A DNA stretch of 63,988 bases, filler included, from Stramenopiles sp. TOSAG23-6 (taxonomy: Eukaryota): NCBI GenBank assembly GCA_900128565.1. It is 7 parts of 7 records of this genome, joined end to end, with 100 filler letters (N's around TTAATTAATTAA, not from the genome) between each part and the next. Parts side by side here need not be neighbours in the genome. Positions count along the whole stretch, not along the records: positions 18,771 to 28,001 come from LT636386.1; positions 28,102 to 37,318 come from LT636387.1; 5 more parts are not named here. One strand, given 5' to 3'. Of the stretch, positions 22,986-35,065 are shown in pieces (position 1 is the stretch's first letter; each line of letters begins with the position of its first letter). The position numbers and the translations under genes were made by a program. A model generated the notes under the pieces. It saw only the letters and a program-made list of their open reading frames with translations, did not search any database and had not been told where the DNA came from.

Positions 22986-24479
22986 TCACACATTCACATT
23001 CATTCCTTCATTTTGTTTCATCTTTTCAAGTTGTTCCATTTGTTTGTTCATTTGTTCTTGTATTTGTGTCATCTTTTCAACTTCATGTTCTTCCATCATT
23101 TTTTTATCCTCTTTTGTTAGTTTTAAATCTCCGAGATGAATTTCTTTTTTTTCAAAATGATTTTCGGGATTTTCGACGTCTTCCGCCGCTTCTTTTTGGG
23201 CACTTTCGACTGATGTGAAACTCCCTCTCACCATTTTATCGACGTACATTACACCATCGAGATGATCCATCTCATGTTGCAGTACACATGCATGCCAGCC
23301 ATCAGCGACCCAGTCAAAAGGTAAGCCTTCGGGGGTTTTCCCGGTGACTCGAACTTTTTGAGGTCTTTCAACCAGGGCTTGAAATCCCGGTATCGACAAA
23401 CATGCTTCACTACGAATTACAGAAGTCGCATCGATTACTTCTAAAATTGGGTTGACGATAGCCACAAGATCCATATCTTCTTCTCTTGTTCCTAGATTTG
23501 CATCGCTTAATTTTGCAGCTTCTTCCGCAGCTTTTTTGGCTTTTTCGTTTGATTCTTTGATTTCTTCATTAGAGCCTAAGGTAAAAGTCGCAGTATTGGC
23601 TTTAGATTCCATGGCTATTTTAGACTGTATAGCAGCTCTTTCTTCTACTTCAGCAATCTCTATTTTATTCTGTGCTTTTTGTTTTGCAGTGTTTAATTCA
23701 TCCATTGGTTCGTGTGCCACCACAGACATTTTGTCACTAGTATTTTTGGATGCCTCAGAATATATTTCTGCATTGCTATTTACTTTAGCGACAGATGATA
23801 ACGATGAGCTATCATCAACTTTTATGGTCAAATTTTCATTGGCACTTTCAAAATCGTGAAATGTATCTGGATTGACAGATTCTAAATCAACTGTTTCATC
23901 AGGTGTCTGACTGATGAGTCCTTTATTGACAACAATTACTCGGATGGGGCTTCCTATTTGTGGTGCGGCAAGACCCCAACCACCATAATGTAGAATGGCG
24001 GCTTTCATCGAGTCAACAAAGGCGTGTAATTCTGGACTATTGATTTTATCTTCAGCAACTTGGTTAGAAATACGGACGAGGGCTTTGTGTCCTGCTTGAA
24101 CCACTTCAGGTATACCATTTTCGTACAAGTCTTGCTCATTTTGGAGGTCGAGTTCATTGAAAATAGACACAAATTCACCTACTTCACTTTCAAGCTCTTT
24201 AATACGCAACGCAGCTTCTGATAATCTGTCTTCGTACATTTTCATTAATTCCTTATTTACATCAATTGCACCCGCACTTGGTACTTTACGAGTTGGGTTA
24301 ACACGACGCTCCATTGGCATGATTGTTGGTGGGTCGTGCTCCACATTTTTCTTTAATTTGTTTCTCTTTTTATCCTTCTTTTGGCGCTTGTTATAAAATC
24401 GGATTGCATTAGCCGGAGTGCGGCGTCCTATTCTAATAAAGAATGACGGACGTGAAATGCACTGATATAAAGATGCCAT
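22986..24479 (-). CDS. PDF: Organellar peptide deformylase with large insertion
   Basis: Motifs GWGLAAPQIG, EACLS and QHEMDHLDG; basic N-terminal presequence. Confidence 0.9.
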   Translation of the reverse strand: MASLYQCISRPSFFIRIGRRTPANAIRFYNKRQKKDKKRNKLKKNVEHDPPTIMPMERRVNPTRKVPSAGAIDVNKELMKMYEDRLSEAALRIKELESEVGEFVSIFNELDLQNEQDLYENGIPEVVQAGHKALVRISNQVAEDKINSPELHAFVDSMKAAILHYGGWGLAAPQIGSPIRVIVVNKGLISQTPDETVDLESVNPDTFHDFESANENLTIKVDDSSSLSSVAKVNSNAEIYSEASKNTSDKMSVVAHEPMDELNTAKQKAQNKIEIAEVEERAAIQSKIAMESKANTATFTLGSNEEIKESNEKAKKAAEEAAKLSDANLGTREEDMDLVAIVNPILEVIDATSVIRSEACLSIPGFQALVERPQKVRVTGKTPEGLPFDWVADGWHACVLQHEMDHLDGVMYVDKMVRGSFTSVESAQKEAAEDVENPENHFEKKEIHLGDLKLTKEDKKMMEEHEVEKMTQIQEQMNKQMEQLEKMKQNEGMNVNV

Positions 24480-24711
24480 TTCGCCTTCTTTCACAAATTG
24501 ATCCGATCGTCTACGGGCTTTCCTTAAAAAAATTGCGAAATTGAAAATGGACTGAATTCATTTCATCATCATCATTGATCACAGACAGGTTTGTGTAAAA
24601 TGTTTTTGTAACTATTTTTCGAAAACTTTCAGCCCAATTCCGTAGAGAAGGGCATACAATTGCTACCCTTTAACACATGCATTAATTTATTAAGGTAAAC
24701 TGACGCATAAG

Positions 24712-26476
24712 ATGAATCTTTCTTCTGCACCAATGGCAATCAATAATAATCGCCCTCCAGCGCTTCCTCCATTGAGCACCTTATTTCAGGGAGCTCCAGC
24801 TACCCCAGTTACACAAGGAATGCTTGGCGTAGGAGAGCGCGACAGTTTCTCGAGTACATACGAATTAGGACGAATTATAGGGCGTGGTAGCGCGTCTCTT
24901 GTTCGACAAGCTCGACATAGAGTCACTGGCCAAATATGTGCCGTGAAACATATTAATATGTCATCTATCCATTATAAAGATCGACAGCAGCTTCGAGTAG
25001 AGGTGACTATTTTAAAGAATGCGCGTCACCGAAACATTGTTTCACTATTAGATTTGTACGAGACGAGAGATGAGCTTATTCTTGTTATGGAATACGCATT
25101 AGGGGGTGAACTCTTTGACCGAATTGTTGCAAAGGGAAAATATTCTGAGCACGAAGCAAGTATTGTAATGACAAAACTTTTAAAGGCTGTTGAATATCTT
25201 CATAACAGAAATATTGTTCATCGTGATATAAAACCAGAAAATATTTTACTTGCGTCTCCTGAAAGTGACACAGATATCAAGGTCTCTGATTTCGGTATTG
25301 CAAAAATTTTAAAAGGCCATGTTTCCACGATTAATGCACCTACAGGTGTTGCAGCTGGATTTGGTTTAGTTTCGGATAATTCTAATAATAGTAGTGTTTC
25401 TCGGTCAAGAACTTCGAGACATCCAGTAGCTGCGTCACTTCGGCCACAGACTTCTTTACGAGAAATTTCTAGTTTATCTCAGAATAGCTCACTTAGACAA
25501 CCATCTAGTTTCCGTGGTTCTTCGAGTTTACTTACCAGTTGTCTTCGGAATGATCCACAAGTTAGACCAACTCGTGCATTTTCTACATGCGGGACCGATT
25601 GTTATATGTACGTTTGTATTGTGAATTTCATTTTTTTTTTGCTTTTTTTGTACCAAATTTCATACCTAAAACATTTTTTATTGACTGATTTCGAATTTGA
25701 CATATCTTCTCAAAATTCATGGCCCCTGAAGTATTAGGCGTACAGCCTTCAAAAACGAATCGAAATGAAGGGTATCATGCTCCAGTGGATATGTGGAGTA
25801 TGTATGTTTTATTTTTTTTTGTATGAATTTTTTTTCATACGAAATTTTTTACCTAACAAACTTTATAGATTTTTTTTTTGAAATATTTTTTCAAAATACA
25901 TTGGTGTAGTTATGTATATTTTACTCAGTGGCGAGCCGCCATTTGAAAATGATTTTTATGTACGTTTCAAAATTGAATGTATTTTTTTTGTACAATGAAA
26001 ATTTTGTATGAAAATTTTTTGTACAATGAAAATTTTGTATTAAAATTTTGTACCTAACAAAGCATTTTTATAAAACAAATATATATGTTTTCACTATACA
26101 TGCTCCGAGTCTTTCTGTGAATAATAGTTTGAATCTTAATCAGAATGATGCAGTTTGTGGCAGTGCAACTTTTGCTGCAGGCAATTGGTTTGCTGGTCAG
26201 CGCAATAGAAGTGACTTTTCAGTTCGTTTTAATGACGTCTACTGGGGTACAATATCTGCAGAAGCTAAAGATTTAATTTGCTGCCTCTTGACAAAAAACC
26301 CAGAACGAAGGATTACTGCTTCGCAAGCATTGAAACACCCTTGGTTAAAAGGCGAAACACATTCTTTAGGAACAGGGGATACATTGCCTGAATCACATAG
26401 TCTTCAACTGCGACGATATATTTCTCAAAGAAAAGAAAGTATGAGTGGATGCTTTGGTATGGATGTTGATACTTAA
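24712..26476 (+). CDS. CAMK-group Ser/Thr kinase; family introns 25608-25720, 25802-25901, 25960-26101
   Basis: [20 protein letters not shown]. Splicing restores [29 protein letters not shown] and ISAEAKDLI...[12 protein letters not shown]. Confidence 0.92.
25802..25901 (+). mobile_element. Representative copy of the Introner-like GT-AT intron family
   Basis: AT|GTATGTTTT...TTTCATACGAAATTTTTTACCTAAC...TTTTGAAATATTTTTTCAAAATAC-AT|. Removal gives the kinase motif DMWSIG. Confidence 0.85.
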
Positions 26477-26720
26477 CTATTTTGTAGAAATAAAAGATTT
26501 TGTACACCACAAAAGATTGTTTTTTGTTTTCATTTTTTATTCAAAGATGGATTTATCATTTTTTTTATTCGCCAAAAGCAATATAACAATGTATTTATAG
26601 CTATAATATAGTCACTTACACTTTGCTATAGAAAAAAACACCTATGTGGAAGAAAGATTTCAGCGGGTCTTCAGGTACTCAATTTAGCATTCGAATTTGC
26701 TGAGTGCTACCTTGAAAGAT

Positions 26721-26939
26721 TTATTCATTTTTCTTCAAGTTCTTATTTTCATTATCAATATTCTTGCTTCTAAATTCATCTTTTCCCTCATACTCCTGTT
26801 CTCCTGTATCATGTGCACTTTCTCCAGTCAACAGACGTTTCAATATTCTCAAAAATAAACAATACCAATATATATGCATGACAAATAAAACCAAAAGAAG
26901 ACCACATGCCACAATTGCTTTAATGAATGTGACAGTAGA
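26721..26939 (-). CDS. Last exon of a TLC-domain (LAG1/ceramide synthase-like) protein
   Basis: LLLVLFVMHIYWYCLFLRIL followed by an acidic tail. Confidence 0.55.
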   Translation of the reverse strand, partial: STVTFIKAIVACGLLLVLFVMHIYWYCLFLRILKRLLTGESAHDTGEQEYEGKDEFRSKNIDNENKNLKKNE

Positions 26940-27026
26940 ACGTATCGTGAAAAAATATTTCAAAAAAAAATTCGTTAGGTACGAAATTTCGTACGAAAAA
27001 AAATTAGAAATTCATATAAAACGCAC

Positions 27027-27636
27027 GAGCAAAACAACCAGAATCTTTTGGATCACTTGGACCAATTGAATAGATTTCAAATGCTCTTAAAGAACGTCGT
27101 GATACTGAACAACCTATATTACCTGTAGAGAAACTTTTTCGAAGACCTCTATATGTAGAAGCATGATGATTATATGTATTATCAAGTAAACCTCCTTTAT
27201 ACCGTAGAGTGTTCATCCACGACATAATTTCTAATGCGTTATCTGTTTGAAGATCAAGTGAACCACCCACTCGTTTGATTCTGAATCCAAAGAGTCCATT
27301 ATGTTTTCTTAAACGTGTTAAATCATCTATTTCGCGTAAATNNNNNNNNNNNNNNNNNNNNNNNNNNNNNNNNNNNNNNNNNNNNNNNNNNNNNNNNNNN
27401 NNNNNNNNNNNNNNNNNNNNNNNNNNNNNNNNNNNNNNNNNNNNNNNNNNNNNNNNNNNNNNNNNNNNNCATGATAGCTGACTTTTTGCGGGAATAGTTA
27501 ACCACCCAGTCTTTGTTGGAAGCATCTTGCGCCCCAGTCGTGGTTCAACAAGTGTTGGGGCTAGCACTGGTCGAGTATCCAAAAGTTGAGACGCTGGTAC
27601 ATGGGATGACTTTCGACGAGACCTTTGAGACGACAT
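27027..27636 (-). CDS. 5' part of a PH-domain protein (N gap inside)
   Basis: KTGWL...FGFRIKRVGGSLDLQTDNALEIMSWMNTLR. Confidence 0.55.
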
Positions 27637-28175
27637 GTTTACTTAATACAATAACAAATGATACCACAAAGACGATAAATTATTCTAAAGTAATACAAAA
27701 CGAAACAAATGTATACGTATATCCCTAACTATTGTGTCACCAATGCGGATGTAATAGCTTTTTTGTAAGAAGTAAAAAAATAACAAAAGTTCTTTTTTAG
27801 AGGCCAATAATAATCCAGAGAGACCTGTCATAAAAAAAAAAAAAAAATGGAAGTCAAAATTTCTGTCAAGATTTCGTGTCGTCATCATCGTGATTGATTG
27901 CACATGGTGTTGTGGGATCTCACGTACTTTCCAACAACACCTTGTGTAAAAACACCTTGTGTAAAAACACCTTGTGTAAAAACACCATGTATTTCACCAA
28001 ANNNNNNNNNNNNNNNNNNNNNNNNNNNNNNNNNNNNNNNNNNNNTTAATTAATTAANNNNNNNNNNNNNNNNNNNNNNNNNNNNNNNNNNNNNNNNNNN
28101 NAATTTCTTTTTTTTTTCGTAGTAAATGTTGTACCTAACCAGTTTTTTTTTCATAAATATTTTTTCACAATACTT

Positions 28176-29695
28176 ACTTCAAAGATTGGTCGAGAAAGAG
28201 GAAGAACTCAGACAAAAAGTTGTTGACGAGGGACAAGGAGATGTATTACGACACTTCTTACAACGACAACATGGTCTACTAGAGCAAGAACAAGCCCTCC
28301 GTGGAGAGGTTGAAGCAAAGGAAAATGAATTAGCTAGCATTCGTGTACGTTTTCAAAATTGAATTTCAAATTTTTTTTTTTTAACGATTTTTTTTTTACC
28401 GAAAAAAAAAAATATTTTTCACAATACGATCTTCTTTATGTAACGTTGATATGTCAAATATGGATGAGAGTGAATTGGAACGAGCGAAGCTTTTTGTCGA
28501 GTGGAAAACAAATGTAAAAGCAAAACATGTACGTTTTTATCATGAATTTTAATTTTTTTTTCATACGAAATTTTGTACCTAAGATTTTTTTTTTTTTTTT
28601 TTTTTTTTNNNNNNNNNNNNNNNNNNNNNNNNNNNNNNNNNNNNNTCATGAATTTTAATTTTTTTTTACATGTATATTTTCATAATGAATTTCAAAATTT
28701 ATTTTTTCATAGAAAAGCATACAGCTTGTTGTACTTAACAAATTTCAAATTCAACAGATTTTTCACAACATATGAGTATTTACGTGAATTCCGTGATGAG
28801 CAGTACCGTATGTTAATGTCGATCAAGACTAGGCGAGATACGATGCATGTAGTGGCTGAGTTGGAGAAAAAATCTCAGCTTGATAGCGGAAAGAAAAAAT
28901 CTGAAGATTACAAATTAGAAATTGAAAAAGCAGAGCATCGTATAAAACTTTTAGAGCAGGGTATTCTAAAAGCAGGCACAGCTATGAAGGAGTTCCGGCG
29001 TGAATTTGAACAATTGCGGGTGGCGATCATGCTAGATAAGACAATCAAAAGTACACAAATGGCAGCTTTGGATGAGCACAAAAAACGTTTACTAAGAGCA
29101 GAAAAAATGTATGAAGAATGTACGTTTTCATCATGAATTTCAAAAAAAAAAAAGATCTACCAAATCCAAATGTTTTTTACCTAACGTTTTTTTTACAACA
29201 AAACAAATATATTTTTACAATACATTGGTTGATCAAGAACGAGAGCGCATAAGAAAAGAAGAAGCAGAAAAGTGGAAGCCACGTCTCAAAGCAGCAAAAG
29301 ATAAGATGGCATTGCACCTTCGACAGCAACAGGAAAAGATGAAAGCAAAGATTGCTCAGGTACGGGAAGCATTGGGAAATAGATATAAAGAGGGATTTGA
29401 TCCACTTTTACGGGAAGCTGAAGCTCGATATGCTGAAGAAGCTCAAGAAAGTGAAAGGATACGGCAACAAATCAAAGCTAAAGAGTCTGGTCTTCGAAAA
29501 GCGCAAAAAGAAATCCGTCGATTAGAAAAGAATTTGAAATTTAAAAAAGAGAATTTGCTTACGGAAGAGCAGCACAAGGAAATGAAATCTTTAAACACGG
29601 AACTAAGAAATCTCTGGGTTGAGTTAAAAACGGATCCAGAAGAAGTAGCTGGTTTTCTCGCTGATATGAAAGAGCTTACAAAAGCAGAATCGTAA
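28176..29695 (+). CDS. 3' part of a coiled-coil protein; family introns 28345-28429, 28529-~28773 (gapped), 29120-29225
   Basis: E/K/R-rich exons join in frame after removal of the family inserts. Confidence 0.7.
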
Positions 29696-29735
29696 ATTAT
29701 ACTATAAAAAATCAAAATTCGATTCATTTTTATTT

Positions 29736-31707
29736 TTAATTGTTTTGAATTGATATTTGGCCATTCATCAATATAGTACGTTTGACGAGTTCTTTTGTCA
29801 TTAAACAACGTTTCTCTCGATCACTTTTATATTCTTGTAAGTTTTGACCATATAACTTCATAGCTTCCTCTTCATCTATAGAATATTGTTGTTCATTCGT
29901 CGATATGGTATACACTAAACCACCAAACGATGCTTCGCATGTAATACTTTTTGATGGATCGTTTTGATCGACCAAAGTACCTTTAATTACAGCTTCTTGT
30001 AAGAATAATGTTAGTACAGATTTGTCATTCTTGATTCCAATGCATCGTAATAAACATTCATTAGATTTAAAGTCCTCTGCAATGACCAATGGTTTTGCAG
30101 AAGTAATAAAAGAATTTTGTGTTTTGTTTTCTAACCTCGCTTTCACTATTTTACATTCTTTCTGCAATATTCCAGAATTATCATGCTTCTTCACATATAA
30201 TTCACCTTCATCCCAAACAGACAATATAATGGATATTTCTGTGCTGTCGTTTTCTTGGATTGATGCAGATGATGTAGGTATTGAAGATATTACACATTCT
30301 TCTTCATCAAGATTATTCACAGTAATATCATCTACTTTCACATGTAATGTATCATTAGGATTAGTATCACTCATTTTGATAATTCGTGTTTCAAGTTTTG
30401 CTGGTAAAGATCTATCGATATTCCACACAATAAAAGGATTGTCAAATGCTATTTCTGGAACTGAATTTGTATGAATACTCATCCTTGCTTCCAAATCCTT
30501 TCCATATGCATTTTCAGCTTTTACACGGCTGCAAGAATTAACGTATTGTGAAAAAATATTTCAAAAAAAAGATCGTTAGGTACGAAATTTTGTATGAAAA
30601 AAACATTAAATTAGACATTCATCTAAAACATACACGAGGTTTCCATCCAACTGTGATAATGATGAAAGTCTCTGAATGATTCGAAATTGATAATCCGCGC
30701 ATTCACACACCGGATTTCCCGCTACAGAAAAGTTTTCAAGTGTTTTTATGTCACTGATATACTCCAATTGTTTAATGCCACAGATAAAATTGTCTTTTAG
30801 TGATACTGTATCGTGAAAAAATATTTTATATTTGAAAAAAAAAAAGTTAGGTATAAAATTTACTATAAAAAAAAAAAGTAGTAAAAAAATAATTTAAAAT
30901 TCATAATGAAAACAATACATTTTTTCAGAGCTTTACAATTTTTTAAATTTTCTATACTAGAAAAATTATTATTATCAAGACTACATGTGTGTAAAAATTG
31001 CAGTTTTGTTATTCCTTCACCTAATTCTGAAATATTATTATTATCCAATAAAAGTGTCCATATTGTGAAAAAATATTTTTTTTGCTTAAAAAAATCGTTA
31101 GGTACAAATTTTCGTATGAAATGTTTTTTTGGAAATTCATAAAAAAACGTACTCTTAATTGTATCGCGGAACCTTTGCCAATACCATCAGTCGATACAAT
31201 GTCGTTATACCCCAAATCCAGGTATTGCAAATGTTCCATTTCCTCTAAACCTGTAATATTACAGATATGGTTATTTCTCAGACAGAGTTTTACTAAAAAC
31301 TTTGTTTTTATTGCTTTAGGCATGACTTGGATATTATTATTATTAGCAAGAATGGTTTCTAGAGAAGCTCCACCAACGCATTCAGAGAGTCCATATATAG
31401 TATCTGGGCTATTTTCGAAAGGTTTTGCAAACACATTTAATGAATCCACGACATTATTTGAAATATTAAGAGATCGAAGTTTAGGGATTGAAGCTAAAGG
31501 AATCAAAGAATCTGCTGAGAGAACGTTTGACGAAAGGTCAAGAAATTGAAGGTGAATGCAATTTTGTAAAACTGCAACGTCTGATAAATTTTGATCAGTT
31601 GCTACAAACTCTAAATAAGCTGGAGTATTGCTAACAGGCGAACGACCTAGTCGGCGCATACCTTTAGCAAGATCTTCTTTTTGTAGTACATTCCCAGATT
31701 GATTCAT
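29736..31707 (-). CDS. Leucine-rich repeat protein, LRRC23/LRGUK-like; family introns 30541-30633, 30806-30918, 31058-31152
   Basis: LQFLDLSSN, LRSLNISNN, LQYLDLGYN; spliced QLR|TLLLDNN, LKK|LSLKDN and LDGNLV|N. Confidence 0.8.
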
Positions 31708-31952
31708 ATTGATTTAGCAGAAATGAGTGCGTAAATGAGATTAGATTCTTTGATCATGGAGAGGATTTAGCTTTTTGTTGTATTTGTTGTAACGGTCACA
31801 TTCATCGATGGGGGACCAGGTAACACAACAACAAAAGTGCTGTCATTTTCATTTTTTCAAAAACATCAATTTAATATTTTTTGACTCATTTCATTTGATA
31901 TATTTGGTGACAGAGACAAAGACTTTCATTTCCATCCTCTTCATTTAATAAT

Positions 31953-32577
31953 ATGGTTCAGACTCGTTCATTGTCTAAAGGCTCGAAGAAACTCAATCTT
32001 CGTACCCGTAAAGTCTCAAAAGGTTCACTCAAACCTATCCCTAAAACAGCAAAGAAGCCCAGTGAATGTGGTATGACTTCTCTATTGATGAGTACTGAAC
32101 TATATTTACGTATTCGGCAGAAATGCAACGGTAAAATACTTTGTAGTGTAGAACCATCTTTGCGGGATAAAAATAATAATCTTCGAGCTCTTACAAATGC
32201 TGAGTTGAACACTAAAGGTTTCATTGGTAAAAGCTTAACTATTGGTCCATCAACTGGTGTACACCGAAAAAAAGGTGTCACTGGGCACAAAATGACCTTC
32301 TCCAATAAAAGGGGCTATTTTACAATTGCTCAAATGTTAAAACGTATTTCAGATTTCGAATCAAAGGATCGTTTAAAGACAAGTGAAATTGGTGATAAAG
32401 GTGTGGACACCAGCAACATATTTCATATACGTTATCATCATGAATTTCAAATTTATTTGTTTTTCATACGAAATTTCGTAGCTAATATTTTTTTCTTTTT
32501 TGAATGTTTTTGCTTTACATAAATGCTTTGTTTGGAAGAAGAATATGTACTCATTGTCTTGGAGAGATAAAATGTAA
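31953..32577 (+). CDS. Hypothetical basic protein; family intron 32427-32520 (ATACGT...AT)
   Basis: The ORF runs into a family insert; the spliced end reads DTSNIFH|KCFVWKKNMYSLSWRDKM*. Confidence 0.6.
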
Positions 32578-32815
32578 AAGTAAGTTGTAATGTTTGAATT
32601 GTATCATAATGAGTGCCACATGGCACCAGTACAATAAAAAACTGAATCTATCAAAGTGAAATTGTGGAAAATATTTTTTTGTAAAAAAATCGTTAGGTAC
32701 AAAATTCCGTACGAAAAAAAACTTAAATTTGAAATTAATTGTGAAAACTCAAAAAAAACTCACGAAAACATTCTGAAAAACAATTCGAATACATTTATTG
32801 AATGTAAAAAAAAAC

Positions 32816-32962
32816 AAATGTATTGATTTATCCGAATGTAACATAAAATAAATGTATTGATTTATCCGAATATAAAATAAAATAAATGTATTGATTTATC
32901 CGAATATAAAATAAAATAAGTGTATTGATTTATCCGAATATAAAATCCGAATGTAAAATAAA
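32816..32962. repeat. ~33-bp tandem minisatellite (AAATGTATTGATTTATCCGAATATAAAATAAAAT), ~4 copies
   Basis: Seen directly between convergent genes. Confidence 0.85.
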
Positions 32963-32980
32963 ATGAAACCCTAGCCCTAA

Positions 32981-34694
32981 TTAGAAAACTTTGTGCTTTG
33001 CAAACCAGTTTTCTAAATTTCGTTTTCTTTCCCCTGCATTCACTAAACCTCGCTTTTTTAGTCTAGTATATGATGCATCTGCAATAATTCCATGAATTTC
33101 TTTTTCCCTGTTTTCTCTCTCCTTCTTTTGTACTTTTCGAAAAGGGCTTCTTTGAAGTAATCTTTCAGCTGAGCGAGCTAATTTAGGGAAAATAATTTTT
33201 TTGGCTTCTTTTCTTTTCTGCCTTTTTTCGTGTGCTACTGCCTCTAAGGCTTCTTCTTCACTGAATAATTACTGTTAAAAAATATTTCAAAAATTTGATT
33301 TTTTTTGTTAGGTACGAAATTTTCATAGTAAAAAACATACATTTAAAATCAAAGTGAACAACGTACAAGAATACTATGAAATCAAAATACGAAATGTCTC
33401 CATTAGCATTTGTCTGAATAGCATCAAATATGTATTTTGGAAAAATATTTCAAAAAAATCTAAAAAAATTGTTAGGTACAACATTTCGTACGAAAAAAAA
33501 AATCGAATTTGAAAAAAAATAAATCATACATCATTCTAATTTCTTCTTCAGTTGCGCAACAAAATTTTCGTAGAGCCTCACATGTATTATGAAAAAATAT
33601 TTTTCTTTTTTTTTAAGTAAACAAAGTTCGTTAGGTCAGGTGCAAAACTTTTTATGAAAAAAAAAATGTTGGTAAAAATTTTTTAAAATGAAAACAAAAC
33701 AAAATCGTTAGGTACAAAATTTCGTACGAAACAAAAATGTAGGTAAAAAACTCATTTTTTAAAACGTACAAAATTCTACTAAATGTACAGTACCAGATTG
33801 ATCTATGTCCTTATCTACAAAGTATGTATAAAAAACTTTTGCAGAAACATCGAGCGATTTTAGCTTTTCCTTTAGTATTGAAAACTTGTTTATTTCGTGT
33901 TTCTTGTGTTTTTCACTATGTACAAATAAAAACTCTTTAAACATTTCCAAATTCATAGTTGAAACTGCTGTGTCTACATTAGGGTTAGGGTTATTTTGTT
34001 GATTTTGTCGTCTTTTCCAAGCTTGGAGAATTGCCCGATGTTTTTTTTCCTCGTTCAGATTTCGTGTTACATGAATATTTGATCCTTGAGTATTCGTATT
34101 ATTTAAAGTATTTGCTTGTGGAATATGTAGAGACCTGAACTTTGACACAACGTTTTCATCTTTATTGGAACGAAAAACATTAGGGTTAGGGTTGTCATTA
34201 GGGTTAGGGTTAAATATATTTGATACTGTCGCTGCTGCTTTTGATCGAACTTTCTTCAATTCCGCGTTTGTCCTTCCTGGTGATTGATCTAATATAGCTT
34301 TCATCGATTGTTTAAATGTCTTTCTTTTTAAGGGTGGTCTAGTTTCTATTCCAATGCTATTTTCTATTCCAAAACGAAATGGACGATAAGTATGGTTGGA
34401 AACTGTTTTTTGCTCATCTGGTCTGAAAAACTCTTGCGGATTTACACCCCATATATTTTGTTTTCTTTGTTCATTTGATTGGGCGGTTGGATCTAAGCTA
34501 TCGGTAAGGAATGTTTTGGGGATATATTCCACAGCTGTTGGAGTAATATGCACTGCTGTTGGTGTTTTTCTAGTCTTTGCGAAGAAAGTTGACAAGTTGT
34601 TTGGCATTTTTTGCTTCTTTGAAACACTTTCAGGAAGTAAGTCACTTTTTAGTTCTTGGTAGGTTGCCTGACTAGAATTATTGCCGAGGTTCAT
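32981..34694 (-). CDS. EF-hand protein; family introns 33267-33366, 33430-33529, 33582-33769
   Basis: DIDQSGTVHLVEF|CEAL, EIRM|IFDAIQTNANGDISYFDFIVF|LFSEEE. Confidence 0.8.
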
Positions 34695-35065
34695 TTTATA
34701 AGCTATTATTTCATCGAATATAATTTTACTTTACCGTGAAGTTGATGCTATAATACAATAAATATCAAAACTTCTTCAGTTGTAAGTCGTTATAAGTTCT
34801 GCCTGTACTAAGTTGTGTTGACTTATGTAACTGTCTCGATTGGAGTCGTAGTAGTGTCACGTCACGCACGCTCAGTTAACGTTCTCAGTTTGCTGCTGTC
34901 ATAAGAAAAAAATCGCGAAAAAGCAGAAAAATAATAAAAAATCGCGAAAAAGCCCGCAAAACTTTTTAAACTTTGCGTCATCATCATAAAATACAAGGCT
35001 GTTTCATCGACGTAAAAAAGTATTAAATTTACTCCTCCTAATAGATTTAGCCAAAAATGACATAG

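Noticed and set aside
25800-25899. Reading the family as classical U12 AT-AC introns (boundaries shifted by 2 nt)
   Set aside because: There is no ATATCCTT 5' signal, the branch-to-end distance is long (~30-50 nt) and the first dinucleotide would vary. Informative junctions favour the GT register (LKKLSL in the LRR, VEF in the EF-hand). Not formally excluded without cDNA.
27935-27990. 15-bp repeat AACACCTTGTGTAAA x3-4, and a ~31-bp duplication at 54978-55045
   Set aside because: Ordinary short slippage duplications with no supporting context.
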